Source: Octopus sinensis (taxonomy: Eukaryota). Taken from it: a stretch of DNA of 64,000 bases. The notes under the pieces were generated by a model that searched no databases, was not told the DNA's origin, and worked only from the letters and a program-made list of their open reading frames with translations. Of this stretch, positions 51,280 to 64,000 are shown one piece after another. The position numbers and the translations under genes were made by a program. Location of the stretch: NCBI RefSeq assembly GCF_006345805.1, contig NC_043008.1:10912001-10976000 (forward strand), given 5' to 3'. The first letter of the stretch is position 1. Each line of letters opens with the position of its first letter.

Positions 51280-51416
51280 TCTAATAAAGCAGAAACTTAT
51301 ATTTCGAGTGCGAGGGCCTCTCCTGATAAGGATACAGTCAAGGAAATGTGTATTTACAAAGATGCTGCCACTAAAGGGTCGAAACAAACCCGTGCAACAC
51401 TGGGCGATACTGCTAG
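51280..51416 (+). mobile_element. Short Helitron remnant sharing its 3' end with Helitron A
   Basis: taaagggtcgaaacaaacccgtgcaacactgggcgatactgCTAG|T; the 5' end (tctaataaagcag) is tentative. Confidence 0.6.
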
Positions 51417-52398
51417 TTTATAATAAAGCTAACTCAAGTACAGAACGTATAAATATATGATTATTTCGAGTTGCCAATTCGTAGGCAATGAATGTATTTC
51501 TACAAAAGCTGAAGAGTGATTTACATAAGCTTTTAAAGTGTTTGTGCCTTGAGTTTTCAGATGGATTCTGATTATTTTAATTTTCCTGATATTGAAGAAT
51601 TCAATACTAGAGATTTGATAAATTTTCAGATTGATAGTTAAATAAGAATAAATAAGATATAAATATTAGCAGTAACTTCTGAACAAATAAAATAAAACTT
51701 CATATCTGTTAAACTTCATATGCCGAAAACATTTTCGGTATATTTCTGTGTTGAGCGGGACACCATTCCATATAAGATTTATCAGATTTTGCGAATAGAT
51801 GTCATTAGAAAACAAAAACAAGTCTCTAAGAATATCAACTATCGCCATTTTTTATCGCAAAAAATATTTTCAATGCTAGGTTTTAGTGTGAATCGAAGCA
51901 TAGTTTTATCAGTCGATATCGTATTTCGAAAACGGAAAAGTGGTTGCATAACTTATCTATTATACGGTTCATTAGAAAGACTATCTTATTCTATCATAAA
52001 TGTTCTGGGAATTTTATCGGTGAAGAAAATTTTAGCGTATCAACTTATGCTTATGTTATTCCAAGAGAAGAAGTTAGTATATTTTACATGAAGAGAGAGA
52101 TAATCAATGTGAAAAAAAAAAAAAGGAGAAAGTATTTGCGTTCGACCCTGAGTGAATACACGTATACGAGGTGTAAAAAGATTTACTTTGAACCAGTTCA
52201 CCAGTATATCGATCCTGGAAAAATCCCGATATATACGAACATGGATGAATTTTCTAGGCTCATTACTAAAATGAAAATCATATGATAAATATGCAAATGC
52301 ACATTTAACGCTGATTGGAGAAGTTGATTTATTTTCAAAAGCCAAGGGAGTATGTTCAATGAGTCATTGACACTTGGCGAAGCTATTCTGAATATAAA

Positions 52399-52439
<41 letters not shown>

Positions 52440-52800
52440 AGGATAAAATCAATATGAGAATTTATCGAGTAGCCATCGTGAAAAACCAGTTAAGGGAAAA
52501 ATTTATACAAAATATATATTCCCTTTAAATACATTTATTATATTAAAGGCATTTACTACACGTAAATGCCTCACACTATAAGGAACACTTAAAGTCAAAA
52601 CTACTTTAGTTAATATACAGTGTACATACACCGAAAGAATGCAACTTGGAAGTCGTCTTTTAAAAACGGAATGCAACTTCTAAATTGCATTTCCTCGCTG
52701 TCGGTATAGTGTATATTTATTAAATTAGTTTTGACTTTAAGAGCTTTGACTTTATAGCGTGAGGCATTTATGAGTAGTAATACCCTTAATATAATAAATG

Positions 52801-52842
<42 letters not shown>

Positions 52843-52846
<4 letters not shown>

Positions 52847-52925
52847 AATTAACCACACATACACACAATTACACACACATATTGACACACAAACACATGC
52901 ATACATATATTCCTTTATATATACG

Positions 52926-52956
<31 letters not shown>

Positions 52957-53049
52957 TATATATATATAAACAATTAACCACACATACACACAATTACACA
53001 CCATATTGACACACAAACACATGCATACATATATTCCTTTATATATACG

Positions 53050-53052
<3 letters not shown>
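52843..53052. repeat. Local tandem duplication, period 125 bp, units separated by (TA)n
   Basis: aaacaattaaccacacatac...ttcctttatatatacg at 52843 and 52968; 1-nt indel between units. Confidence 0.9.
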
Positions 53053-53090
<38 letters not shown>

Positions 53091-53354
53091 TATGGTGGAC
53101 TGGCGTGTCGAATACGATGTGTAAGTGTTCAGCGAGAAGGCAGAAGAAAATGCAACTGAATAGACAATCGACAACCACACTCACATTAATATTCCTGCTA
53201 TTCAGCAATGTCTACAATAATTCATTCACCTCACCTCACCTCACCTCACCTCGTGAATCCTTGAATCCTCATATAATTCCTCAGGCTACTAAAAGCTATA
53301 TGGATACGAGCACGACTTAGTACTCGAGCGCGTGATCCACTTGAGAAATACGAA

Positions 53355-53480
53355 TCCCCGTAACTTAAATCCGGCAAAATGAGCTCGAGGGATGTACTGG
53401 GGTGGATTTAATCAACCAAACATTGCAAGGTGGTATGCCAGAATGGTCACAACGAAGATTAAAGCAAGCAAATAAAAGAA
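53355..53480 (+). mobile_element. Old SINE B-like 3' domain
   Basis: ccccgtaactta...cggcaaaa...ggtggtatgccagaatggtcac...aagcaaataaaagaa. Confidence 0.55.
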
Positions 53481-53679
53481 TATATACGTACACAAAACCA
53501 CAGACCTGGACCCGAAATGTTTGGAATTACGTTTCGAGACAGGCGGGCAGTCTTCCATTTTTTTTACATTCAAAAGTGTTTTAATTTTGTTCATGGTATT
53601 ATTAACAGGTTTACCAACTTCGAGCTCCCTCGTTAAATATGACTTACTCCATATTTCTCAATAGTTCAAATTTATACAA

Positions 53680-53870
53680 AACAAAAGACGAATACAGGTG
53701 AAGGAACAACAAGCAGTGTTTAGTTTAAAGCTCGGGAAGAATGGAAAAAATCTTCAATGTTTCGAGCCTACGCTCTTCGACATAAAGGATTGAGAAAGGG
53801 GAAAACGGAGAGAGAATGATAAACAAAATACGGAGAGAAAAAAAATTGTATAGGTATTAACAGTTCAACA
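53680..53870 (-). mobile_element. Hammerhead-family short element, degenerate (AUGUCGA core, GAAACAU)
   Basis: Minus strand atgtcgaagagcgtaggctcgaaacatt and the cacctgtattcgtcttttgttttg arm match the 13115 copy. Confidence 0.65.
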
Positions 53871-54089
53871 CGATGATATGGCCAGAAGAAAGAATCTGAG
53901 TGAAAGAGATATAATAACGGTGACCTGTTATGTGTGTGTGTGTGTGTGTTTGCGTGTATGTGTTTGTGTGTGTGTGTGTCTACTTATACACACACATATG
54001 TGTATATTTATTATTCTTAAACTATAATATTGTTGACAGTGATTTCGAATTTTCGGCCAATTAAGCCATTGTCAGGCCCATTGTTTCTC

Positions 54090-54300
54090 TGTTGAGCTTC
54101 CAGTTATAAGTCCTTTTGTTTTGATAAAGTCTTCCCTCGAACTTCTGGTCCCTGGAACTCATTACCGTCTTCTTGTTTTTGCCTGTTTATAATATACAAT
54201 CGTTTAAGCTTTCTGTCAGTCAACATATTTGAATTTGTAGGCCGCTTTATGTTCCTTCTTTGTAGTCCCTTAATCTGCATTGACTTCAAGCCTAGTTTGG
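54090..54300 (+). mobile_element. L2/CR1-group LINE 3' end
   Basis: HCFSVELP...VFPRTSGPWNSLPSSCF/PVYNIQSFKLSVSQHI* (FFPRT..WNSLP...YN...FK motif). Confidence 0.75.
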
Positions 54301-55612
54301 TACAAAACCCTATCAAAAAATAGATATCAACGAAAAATATATCCCAAATATAGCTAAGTCCTCGAATCGTTATCTCTAGCTAAAAGGTTCGAATACTGTA
54401 CCTGAGCTTGGCTGCAGTCCAATCGCCGAAATCAATGATAGAATAACCAAACAAATTAATATATATTTCTGTTTGAAGTGCTGAATAATAACGCAGACTT
54501 TATGTATGACTCTGCAGTGTGAAATGTGAGAAAACATGTAATTTAATACACAGCACTGAGTTATATATTTATTAAAATGTGATATATTGCCGTTTCGCGT
54601 CACTACCTTACATGCATGACTGGTTGTCACGCAAAAATCTGTGCAGCAGCAGTGTGTGATATCTAAGATTTTAATTAATATATGAATACAATTATATATC
54701 ATGAGAATGTTTGCTGCGGTTTTTTAGCGCTAACACATATTGTGATGAACACATGAGCACAGACTTGTACTCCCATGCATACACGCTACATGCACGCACA
54801 CATGAGCGTATATTTGTTTATATGCACACGTGTGTAAGTTTAAATGAATAGAAGTGTATTACATGTGAATCTGTCATTCAGGTATTCGAATCCCTGTGAA
54901 TGCAAAGCATGCAATTCTGGTCTAAAGTATAAAAATAAATGAAAATATCCGACCCAAATTCAATATAAATCTTACAATTTTATTAAAGGCAACTCGAAAC
55001 AAATTACATGCATTCTACATGTGTGTGAGTGTGTGTATGTGTGTGTGTGTTTCTCTCTGTGTGTGTGTGTGTGTGTGTGTGAGCCTACGTTAATTTTATG
55101 GTTTTGATTTTAAAAATTGAATGTTCTGATTTAAGTTGTAGAAATCGATACACATGTATGTATATTTATGCATATATTGATATTATGTGTGTGCGTGTGT
55201 GTACATGTGTGTGTATGTATGTGTGCGTGTGTGTACATGTGTGTGTGCGTGTGTGTATAGATGTAAATTTATAAATTGGAAAAATATATATAACTATATC
55301 TATTTATCTACCTGTCTGTCTGTCTGTCGGATTGTCTGTCTGTTTGTGTATGTATGTATCTATCGATCTATTTATCTTATCTACCTATCTCTAATCAATC
55401 TCTGTCTCTCTAAGTCTCTCTGTATACATATATACATACATACATACACACGCGTGCTGGCACACACACATTCACACTTGCGTATATATATATATATATA
55501 TATAGATATATGAGTATGCATGGCATCAGTTAATTTTCATAATTTAAACGAAAATCGTCAACAACTATAATCAACTTATATATGTATGTATATATAATAT
55601 ATAATATATATA

Positions 55613-55643
<31 letters not shown>

Positions 55644-56451
55644 ACACATATATACATATATACATATATACATATATGCATATAAAGTAGGGTATCAGAA
55701 TACCATTTGCTAGAAAGAGGAGTTAACACTCCAAGGCCACAAAATAAATAATACCGGCACCCATAGCCCTTGGTAACAAATTCTGAAATAGCCTTTAAGA
55801 TATCTACGATTAACCACTGCAAGGGGAATTACTCCTGTAAGATAAACGGGGCTTGGTTTTTTCACAACGGGGGGTTTCCTTGACAAGGCAGGCTTAGATG
55901 AACACACACACACATAAAACATAATATATATATATTTTTTTTCTGCCACCCAACGGTTCTCACTGCAGTAGCCACTGACAGCCGAACGATCAAACGCACA
56001 CACGTACACAAAAAATGTTTTCTACCCCTACGCCAACACACACATATATAGAACAGTATACACACACACACACGTCTCTAAGTAGATTTTTTCTCGCCCC
56101 TTATAAAACATCCAATATTCCTTAAATAGTCAGAACTTTATTCTCGGTCACAAAGAACATCTACACACCCTCACCCACATGATTGACCGATGCTTGACCC
56201 GTTAAATTCTTCAGCCACCGGTTCTCAACATACACTGATGAACAGTTTCGCCATGGGCTCTTAGGAGCCTAGCTCGTTTTGTTTTTGCTCCGCCTCTGTT
56301 CTGTTTTTGTTTTTTCCAACGGATTTCCTATTTTCTTCCTGAAGAGAAAGACACAATATGGTCCCATTATTCAATCGGATTTTGGGAAATTGTGCCTTTC
56401 GAAACACGTGTAGAATGAAATAAAACGATTTCTGTTCAATCTGCGTTCAGC

Positions 56452-56494
<43 letters not shown>

Positions 56495-56659
56495 TGGTTG
56501 TGGTTATAGAGTGACTTAATGACCGCGTCTTTCGTGTATTATCATTTATTAATGATAAGTACCAATGGTAAATGCAAATGCAAAAAGCTTTTGTATATTC
56601 TGTCGATAAATATATGTACTCATGTTATGAGTTTTATTTTCCTCTTTGTATCACCAAGC

Positions 56660-56660
56660 C

Positions 56661-56745
<85 letters not shown>

Positions 56746-56746
56746 A
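56660..56746. repeat. (TCTA)n microsatellite
   Basis: Directly visible. Confidence 0.95.
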
Positions 56747-56799
56747 CATTCATACACATATAGATACTGAGCTGACTACCTAGCTGGCAAGTTGGCATC

Positions 56800-57815
56800 A
56801 GTTGAAAGTCAGAACAATATCAGGAAGTGCATTGTGATCAGCGGAGTAAACAACATCCGATAGTCTGGTCAATACATTGCTACACTGATAAATATAAATA
56901 TAAATATAAATATAAATATATATATATATAGATATATATATATAATATATATATATATATATGAGGTCTCCGTTATATTTACAGACCTTATGGCATATAC
57001 TGTATTGAAATGTGTGCATAGATATATAGACAAGATAGTTGCTAATGGAACATTTTTGATGGACCCGCAAATGAGATTTGAGCCCAGCAAAAGAAAGGCA
57101 TGCTCTTTCACAAAAAAGGTCATTGAGATTCACCTTCTCGATCGCAACATTATTCTTTTAATCTCTCTTAAGTCTTGCATATGTTATCCTGGCATCCTCA
57201 AACACTTTCGAGCCTCTCCACACTTCTGTTCGCGATCCAGCTCGATCTGAAGCAAGCGTTTCTATGGCCTTTGGATCCATTCCAAGTGACTTCATAGTAG
57301 TTCTTATGCCGCCCTTAAACCTCCTTTTAGGTTTACACCGGTAGCGCTTTCCCCTCTGCAAGTTCGCCATATAGCAGCTGTTTGGGTATGTGTTCATCCG
57401 CCATTCGAACAATATGGCCAGACCATCTCATTTGGTTTTTCAGAATCATTGACTTAATCGAAGTGATGCCTGCAGACACAAAGACATCTGTGTCTTAAGT
57501 AAAAGAGTCCCATTGAATGTTTGAAATGCGGCGAAGACATTTTTGGTGGAATCGTTCGAACAATTTGAAATGTCCTTCGCAACGCATCCATACGACTGGG
57601 ATGGTAAGACAAACGATTTGTAAAAAATCAATTTTGTGTTGTTAATTATATGTCTTTGGCGTAAAATGCGTGACTCCAAACCACCAAATGATTGTACTGC
57701 CCTTTGAATTCACTGATGTACTTCTGTGTCCAAATTTCCATCATATGTCAAGTCGCTCATGAGTGCTTCTGGTAACACGTAATCCAGTACTACCTGTTGT
57801 ACAATCAGGTCGTCG
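56800..57815 (-). mobile_element. RTE-clade LINE 3' fragment with C-terminal zinc fingers
   Basis: [64 protein letters not shown]; frameshifted. Confidence 0.85.
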
Positions 57816-57871
57816 GCGATATTAAATATATATATATATGTATATATGCATATATATATATGTATATATAC

Positions 57872-57939
<68 letters not shown>

Positions 57940-57972
57940 ATATATGCATATATATGTATATATATATATATT

Positions 57973-58004
<32 letters not shown>

Positions 58005-58035
58005 TGCATATATATGTATATATATATATATTTAC

Positions 58036-58105
<70 letters not shown>
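57816..58105. repeat. (TA)n field with an internal duplicated sub-block
   Basis: Directly visible. Confidence 0.95.
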
Positions 58106-58107
<2 letters not shown>

Positions 58108-58819
58108 ATCAACATATATACATACCAACTACGATATACATGTGTGTGTGTGTATGTATGGTGTCTAGTTCACAATTTGAAATTGCAATTAGGATATACG
58201 TTGAACTTTTTGCTCTTTGAGAATGAATTCTCACTACTCGAGGATATTTTAACCGTAGATGAGAGCTACACGAATTCGCAGTTCATATAATGCATCGGAA
58301 TTATATCGTTGATTATGCAACTCCAGCTATTAATTACTTGTGTAAACTTCAAATATCCTGAAGGAATATCTATTCTGCTTACGAGATCGAAAGTATATTC
58401 AGAAATTCTAGGCACTGAAAGTTGGGCCGAAATCTGTATAATCAATTTTTAAACAAAGGTTAGAATTTACTCTGCTCAATATATATTAGAAAATTTCTGT
58501 GAACCTGCATTGACCATTGTGCTACGTACAAAGGATATGAAAGTTCCAGTTAATTTACAAGCTTTACATTAAAGTATCTTGAGGAAACTACGTTACGAAA
58601 TGTCACAATAGGCTTTTCTGTGGAGATAAATAATTAAGTACGTCTACCTTTTTCTGTGGCAAGTCGAGCGCTCACTTTCAATTTAATAACGCCAATGCAA
58701 AGGAACTTATGAATTCTCAATGGCGAACACAAACCATTTGACAGCATATTGCATGAGATCTCATTTTCGGGTAACAAAGAAGAAAACCACTCTGAGATGT
58801 AGCGATAACAACAGCAATA

Positions 58820-58969
58820 CTACTACTACTACTACTACTACTATGATAATTCTTTCTACTATAGATTCAAGGCCTAATGATAATAATAATAATAATAATA
58901 ATAATGATAATAATAATAATAATAGTAATAATAATAATAATAACAACAACAACAATAATAATAATAATG

Positions 58970-59019
<50 letters not shown>

Positions 59020-59141
59020 TATAATAATAATAATGATAATAATAATAATAATACTAATACTACTACTACTAATAATAAAGTAATAATAATAATACTAATA
59101 ATAATAATAACACTAATAATAATAATAATAATAATAATAAT
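58820..59141. repeat. (CTA)n/(TAA)n/(CAA)n microsatellite
   Basis: Directly visible. Confidence 0.95.
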
Positions 59142-61515
59142 GCGCACACGGTAAGCTAGTTCAGCTGCTCAATGGTATTATGAGAGACCCAAAGAAAACA
59201 CCAGAATGGTTAGCAAGTGGCATTACTTACCTACTCCCAAAGAATAACGAAACCAACCTTCCAAAAAACTATCGGCCTATAACCTGTCTATCCACCACGT
59301 ATAAAATCCTAACATCTATCCTGGCGGAGAAAACATATGCATTCATGGAGAAGAACGAAATTTTCCCCATTGAACAAAAAGGGTGCCGCCGAGGCTCTTA
59401 CGGATCCAAAGATCAACTGCTAATCAATCGTATGATCCTTGAGAACTGTCACAACAAGCGCAGAAATCTCAGCACCGCATGGATTGATTATAAAAAGGCC
59501 TTCGACAGTATACCGCAACCATGGATCTTGAGATCGCTGGACATCTTCAAAATTTCCCCTGTGATTTCAAACTTCCTGAAGCACAATATGTCGTTGTGGA
59601 ATACGAATCTCCAATTATACCACTCTAATGGAGTACTTGCCTCAGAAAATATAAACATCAACTGTGGAATTTTTCCAGGTGACTCACTTTCACCTTTAAT
59701 ATTCTGCATAGCCCTAATACCCCTTACAAGTGAATTAAACATAACAGGGTATGGGTATAAAATTGCCAATAAAAAAATAAGCCATCTATTTTATATGGAT
59801 GACTTAAAACTTTATGGTAAAGACAATAATGAACTTGAAGGCCTATTGCACACCGTGAAAGCATTCAGCGATGACATCGGGATGGAGTTTGGACTGAGAA
59901 GTGTGCCAAGGCCACTTTCCAGAAAGGGAAAGTGAAGACCACAAATTCAGTCGTGTTAGATGTTGACACAGTCATAAGAGAGCTTGAGCAAGAACAAACA
60001 TACAAATATTTAGGGATAAATGAAGGCTCTGGTATTCAGCATGCAAGCATGAAAGAGAAGATCAAGAAGGAATGTTATAGGAGAGTTCGTGCAGTCCTGA
60101 AATCTGAACTAAATGCACGTAACAAGGTGTTAGCTATAAATTCCTTAGCAGTTCCAGTTGTTACTTATAGCTACAATGTGTTGAACTGGAATATGAGTGA
60201 AGTAAAGAATATAGATAGGAAAATACTCAAGCTGCTGAGTTGTAATAGGATGCACCACCCAAAGGCAGACGTAGATCGCCTTTACCTTCCCAGAGCCCAA
60301 GGAGGTCGAGGCCTGATCCAATTTGAACTAGCTTACAAAACAACCACCATTGGACTGGCCAAATATCTCGAAATATCGAATGACTGGATGCTAAAGCTCG
60401 TGGAAAATCACGAGAGGCGAAAGAAGCTTCATTCTATCATAAAGGAAAGCAAAAAATTTGCTGTTGATCTCGTGCAGGATACCCAAACTGAACAACCCGA
60501 GGGAAGTACGGCAACTATTGTTGCAAAGAAGGTGAAAATGATGGCAACGAAAAAAGCGCACGAGCAATTGGCTGATTGGTGGGAGGAGAAACCTCTGCAC
60601 GGCAAATATGTGACCCGCAGCAAACAAGCTGATGTTGACCAGAAGCAACCCATCAGTGGCTACGGAGCTCAGGGCTAAAAGCAGAGAGCGAAGGTTTCAT
60701 CCTGGCTGCTCAAGATCAAGCCTATTAACCCGGAACTACCAGGCCAATGTGATGAAAAATGAGCAGACCCAAAATGCCGATTCTGCAACGACATGATTGA
60801 AACAGTTGACCATCCAATCTCTGGATGTAAAGTCTTAGCACCAGTGGAGTATAAATTAAGACATGACAGAGTTGGCCAATATCTACACTGGCTAATAAGT
60901 CGGCATTACAATATCAAAACTGCCGACAAGTGGTATAATCACCACCCTGAGGCTGTAACTGAAGGAGAAAATGTAACCATTCTGTGGGACTTTCCAGTAC
61001 ATACAGACCGAACCATCAAGGCCAATAAACCAGATATTGTTGTGAAGACCAAAACAATAAAGTTTGCTTATTGATCGACATGAGCATCCCCTGTAATCAT
61101 AATATCTCAGCGAAAGAGTTTGACAAGCTCAGAAAATATAAAGACCTACTCATTGAAATTGAGAAAATGTGGCATCTCAAGGCGGTTACAATACCAGTGA
61201 TCGTAGGAGCACTAGGAATGATCAAGAAGGGAACCGAAAATTATATGAGAATGATCCCTGGCTTACCATCCCTGCAAGAAGTGCAAAAGATTGTCTTAAC
61301 TGGTACATCACATGTATTGAGAAGAGCATTGTCGATGTGAGAATTGTTGCTGCTCATGTATTTTAATTTAACTTAAAAAAAAAAAAAAAAAAAATGAACG
61401 AACTACTGAGTTTGGTTTAATGGCCTACCAATATACACTATGAGTTTCTTTGCCCTAGGAGTCGGGAAGACACTCGGCAAGAAATGGAAGCAAATTTGAA
61501 AGAAGAAAAAAAATA

Positions 61516-61549
<34 letters not shown>

Positions 61550-61550
61550 T
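59142..61550 (+). mobile_element. 5'-truncated R4-clade Dong-like non-LTR retrotransposon (RT, zinc knuckle, RLE) inserted in (TAA)n
   Basis: RT motifs NYRPITCL, QKGC, WIDYKKAFDS, GIFPGDSLSP, FYMDDLKLY; CRFC..ETVDH.ISGC; RHD; PD..IDMSIP..K..KY; (TAA)n on both sides. Confidence 0.95.
59144..61340 (+). pseudogene. Dong-like RT-endonuclease ORF broken by several frameshifts
   Basis: The ORF pieces 59180-59935, 59932-60678, 60793-61074 and 61071-61340 join into one protein via small indels near 59895, 60645, 60720-60770 and 61050. Confidence 0.92.
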
Positions 61551-61594
61551 CATTGTTACTTTTATTTTGAATTTTTGGAGCGAAGCCGGCAATC

Positions 61595-61770
61595 TTAAGG
61601 AAGGGAGATAGTTAATAAATTCGATCTCAGTATTTGACTGGTACTTTATTTATTTTATTGAACCCGGAAAGATTGAAGGTAAATTGATCGTAAGACGTAG
61701 AGAGCAGGAAGAAATATCGCTAATTACTTTGTTCGTCGTGCTAATGATTCCTTCAGGTCACCCTCTAAAT
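61595..61770 (-). mobile_element. Highly diverged SINE A
   Basis: ctggtactttatt...cccggaaagattgaagg...gtgctaatgattc...caccctc. Confidence 0.55.
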
Positions 61771-63147
61771 AATAATTAGCATAATGATGATGATAATGAA
61801 GACGATGATGATGATGATGATGATAGCTATAATAATAAGAATTAGCATGTTATAATGTCTTGATAATTTGTTTAAGAACAGTCCAACATATACTTCTATA
61901 TGTCTCCAGACGTTGATTCAAATAAATAATCAACATGAAATTAATTTGAATTGAAATCTTATTTCTTTATGTATTTAATCAAAGAAATTTGGTATATTTT
62001 CATTTTGTGTTTATGGTAACTATTTCGTTTCTATAAGCTCCAATCGTTACTGTGATTATATTCTCCATTCAATTTAGAATATGCATTTTTTAAATTCATT
62101 TTCCAAATTGAGACAGTAAAAAAAATAAACCATAAGAATTACATTTGTAATTAGAATCAAATTGTTATATTAGTAGTAATTACAGAATTTGTCTATTAAG
62201 ATAACCAGATCGCTCTAGTAGAGCGTTTTGTTTTCCAAACATTCTGTTCAGTCTTCAAATATTTTGTCTTTCCTTCTTCCCATCACGCATTGATGATAGG
62301 GAAAATATAGTCAAAATATAAAGAAGTGATACGAAAATAATATGGCCACTGAGAAGTAAAGCCTACTGACCACTTCAGCAATTATTAAAAGAGAAGGTAA
62401 TCAATTGTACACCAACATCTAAAACTTATGATAATCAATAAATAAATCGATACTCTTTAATAAATTAAAAAATATAATGAAAAATGGTGATGTCTGTTTT
62501 TTTTTTCTACCAAGATTTGTTAATTATATTTCTTTCGGTGATTATTTCACGGCTAGGTTGAGCAGTTTCCTTTGAAGATATTTAATAACATCATTTAAAG
62601 GAAATACTCACTTCGAATTTTATTTTCTGCTAATTTCATTAATAAGTTTTGAAGGCTTTCAAAATTAACAATTCTTCGTTCAACTTATTTTAAAATCTGT
62701 TCTTTGTCATGTTTAATTACATTTTACTTTTGAAATAAAATCTTCGGTAAAAAATTATTGATATTATAAATAAATATTGAAAAATCAGGAAACTGCTTGC
62801 ATAGGGTACTGTAAATATAGTCTGCTCCTTATAAACATCCGTTAGTTTTCGGAAAGCTATGAACAAACATGTTCCATCTTTCACTTGCAAATTTTTAATC
62901 TTGTAGAAATATATGCAATCGGTGTTTCGATATCGTGGTTACAAAAGAGTTCAGCATTAAATACTGTAGTTCGATGTTGTAGAATCCTTTTTCAAGACCA
63001 ATATTAATTGGGAGGAAGTTAACCAAGAAGCGATGCCCATTTGGCGTGGAATAAACGCGAAGACAAAACTATATATTTACAATTAATATTCTTAAATATT
63101 TGTTATTTGTTAATCTGGGGGAAAAGGCGTACTGTAATAGTAATATA

Positions 63148-63371
63148 TATTTCTTTACTACCCACAAAGGGCTAAACACAGAGGGGACAAACAAGGACAG
63201 ACAAGCGGATTAAGTCGATTACATCGACCCCAGTGCATAACTGGTATTTAATTTATCGACCCCAAAATGATGAAAGGCAAAGTCGACCTCGGCGGAATTT
63301 GAACCCAGAACGTAACGGCAGACGAAATACCGCTAAGCATTTCTCCCGGCGTGCTAACGTTTCTGCCAGCT
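63148..63371 (-). mobile_element. SINE family A, near consensus
   Basis: tttctttactacccacaaaggg...gaatttgaacccagaacgtaacggcagacgaaataccgctaagcat...ttctgccagc. Confidence 0.92.
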
Positions 63372-64000
63372 AAATGCAATTAGGAATATTGTAAGTCGAC
63401 ATATTTCGGGAAGCATATCTGGAACGAGTGGCTGTTCTAATGCTTAACAATTAACTGAAATGCCGAGACAAATTTTAAATAATATTATAGACCTGCTTAT
63501 TAATAAGCAAGCGATTAGTCTTGCTGTGTAAATAAACAAAACCTCATTACTATAATTGTTCAATTCTTTCTTCTGTGAGTATCAAGCGTGCACATCTGAA
63601 TATATTTACAGCTTATTCACACAAATACTGTGTCTCTTAGCTAATATGCATTGGCAACGAATGTATAGATATGCAAGTGAATAAAATCGGTACCTGTTTT
63701 TTTATCATTTATCTGTTAAGATTTCCTTGTTCCCGGCATTGAACTGCGGTCATGCTACGGCACCACTTTGATGGGTTTACTTGTACAGCTCAACGTCAGT
63801 GCATATTTTTAAAGCCAGCACTTATTCTATCACGTTTTCATGTGCTTTAATCACATTCCATCCCTCTATATTTATGTGTGAGGGTTGGTTTATCTGTGTG
63901 TGTGTGTGTGTATGTATATGTATGCGTGTGTATATGTGTGTGTGTACGCGTGTGTGTATAAATGAAAGAGAACACTTTTAATGAGCTGGTAATCACCTGA

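Noticed and set aside
51720-52345. Overlapping 100-120 aa ORFs on both strands
   Set aside because: No recognisable domain; a poly(A) run and stops disrupt any single long frame
55710-55900. KPALSRKPPVVKKPSP peptide, adaptor-like
   Set aside because: The ORF begins inside a (GT)n repeat and has no convincing splice pair

Overview
AT-rich, repeat-saturated eukaryotic (animal) DNA, most likely intergenic or deep intronic. The combination of these tRNA-derived SINE families with very long (TA)n/(TACA)n/(TAGA)n/(TAA)n tracts resembles octopus (coleoid cephalopod) genomes; this is inference from recall, not a database result. I find no supportable host protein-coding gene, rRNA, tRNA gene or CRISPR array, and most ORFs in the supplied track are microsatellite artefacts. 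The recognisable content is: three tRNA-headed SINE families (working labels A, B, C; about 20 copies); decayed LINEs of the R4/Dong-like (RLE), RTE and CR1/L2 types, including a 2.4 kb relatively young Dong-like copy embedded in (TAA)n; a near full-length dead mariner with both TIRs; two internally deleted Tc1/mariner elements; a foldback MITE family; non-autonomous Helitrons, two of them head-to-tail; and a short (TA)n-associated element family carrying a minimal hammerhead-ribozyme fold. The most interesting candidates are (1) this hammerhead-bearing family, including a tandem pair 362 nt apart with a non-canonical CUGUUGA core, (2) an RTE fragment with twin-priming-like inversion geometry, and (3) apparent partitioning of microsatellite types between element families. 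Coordinates of decayed elements are approximate, to within tens of bp.
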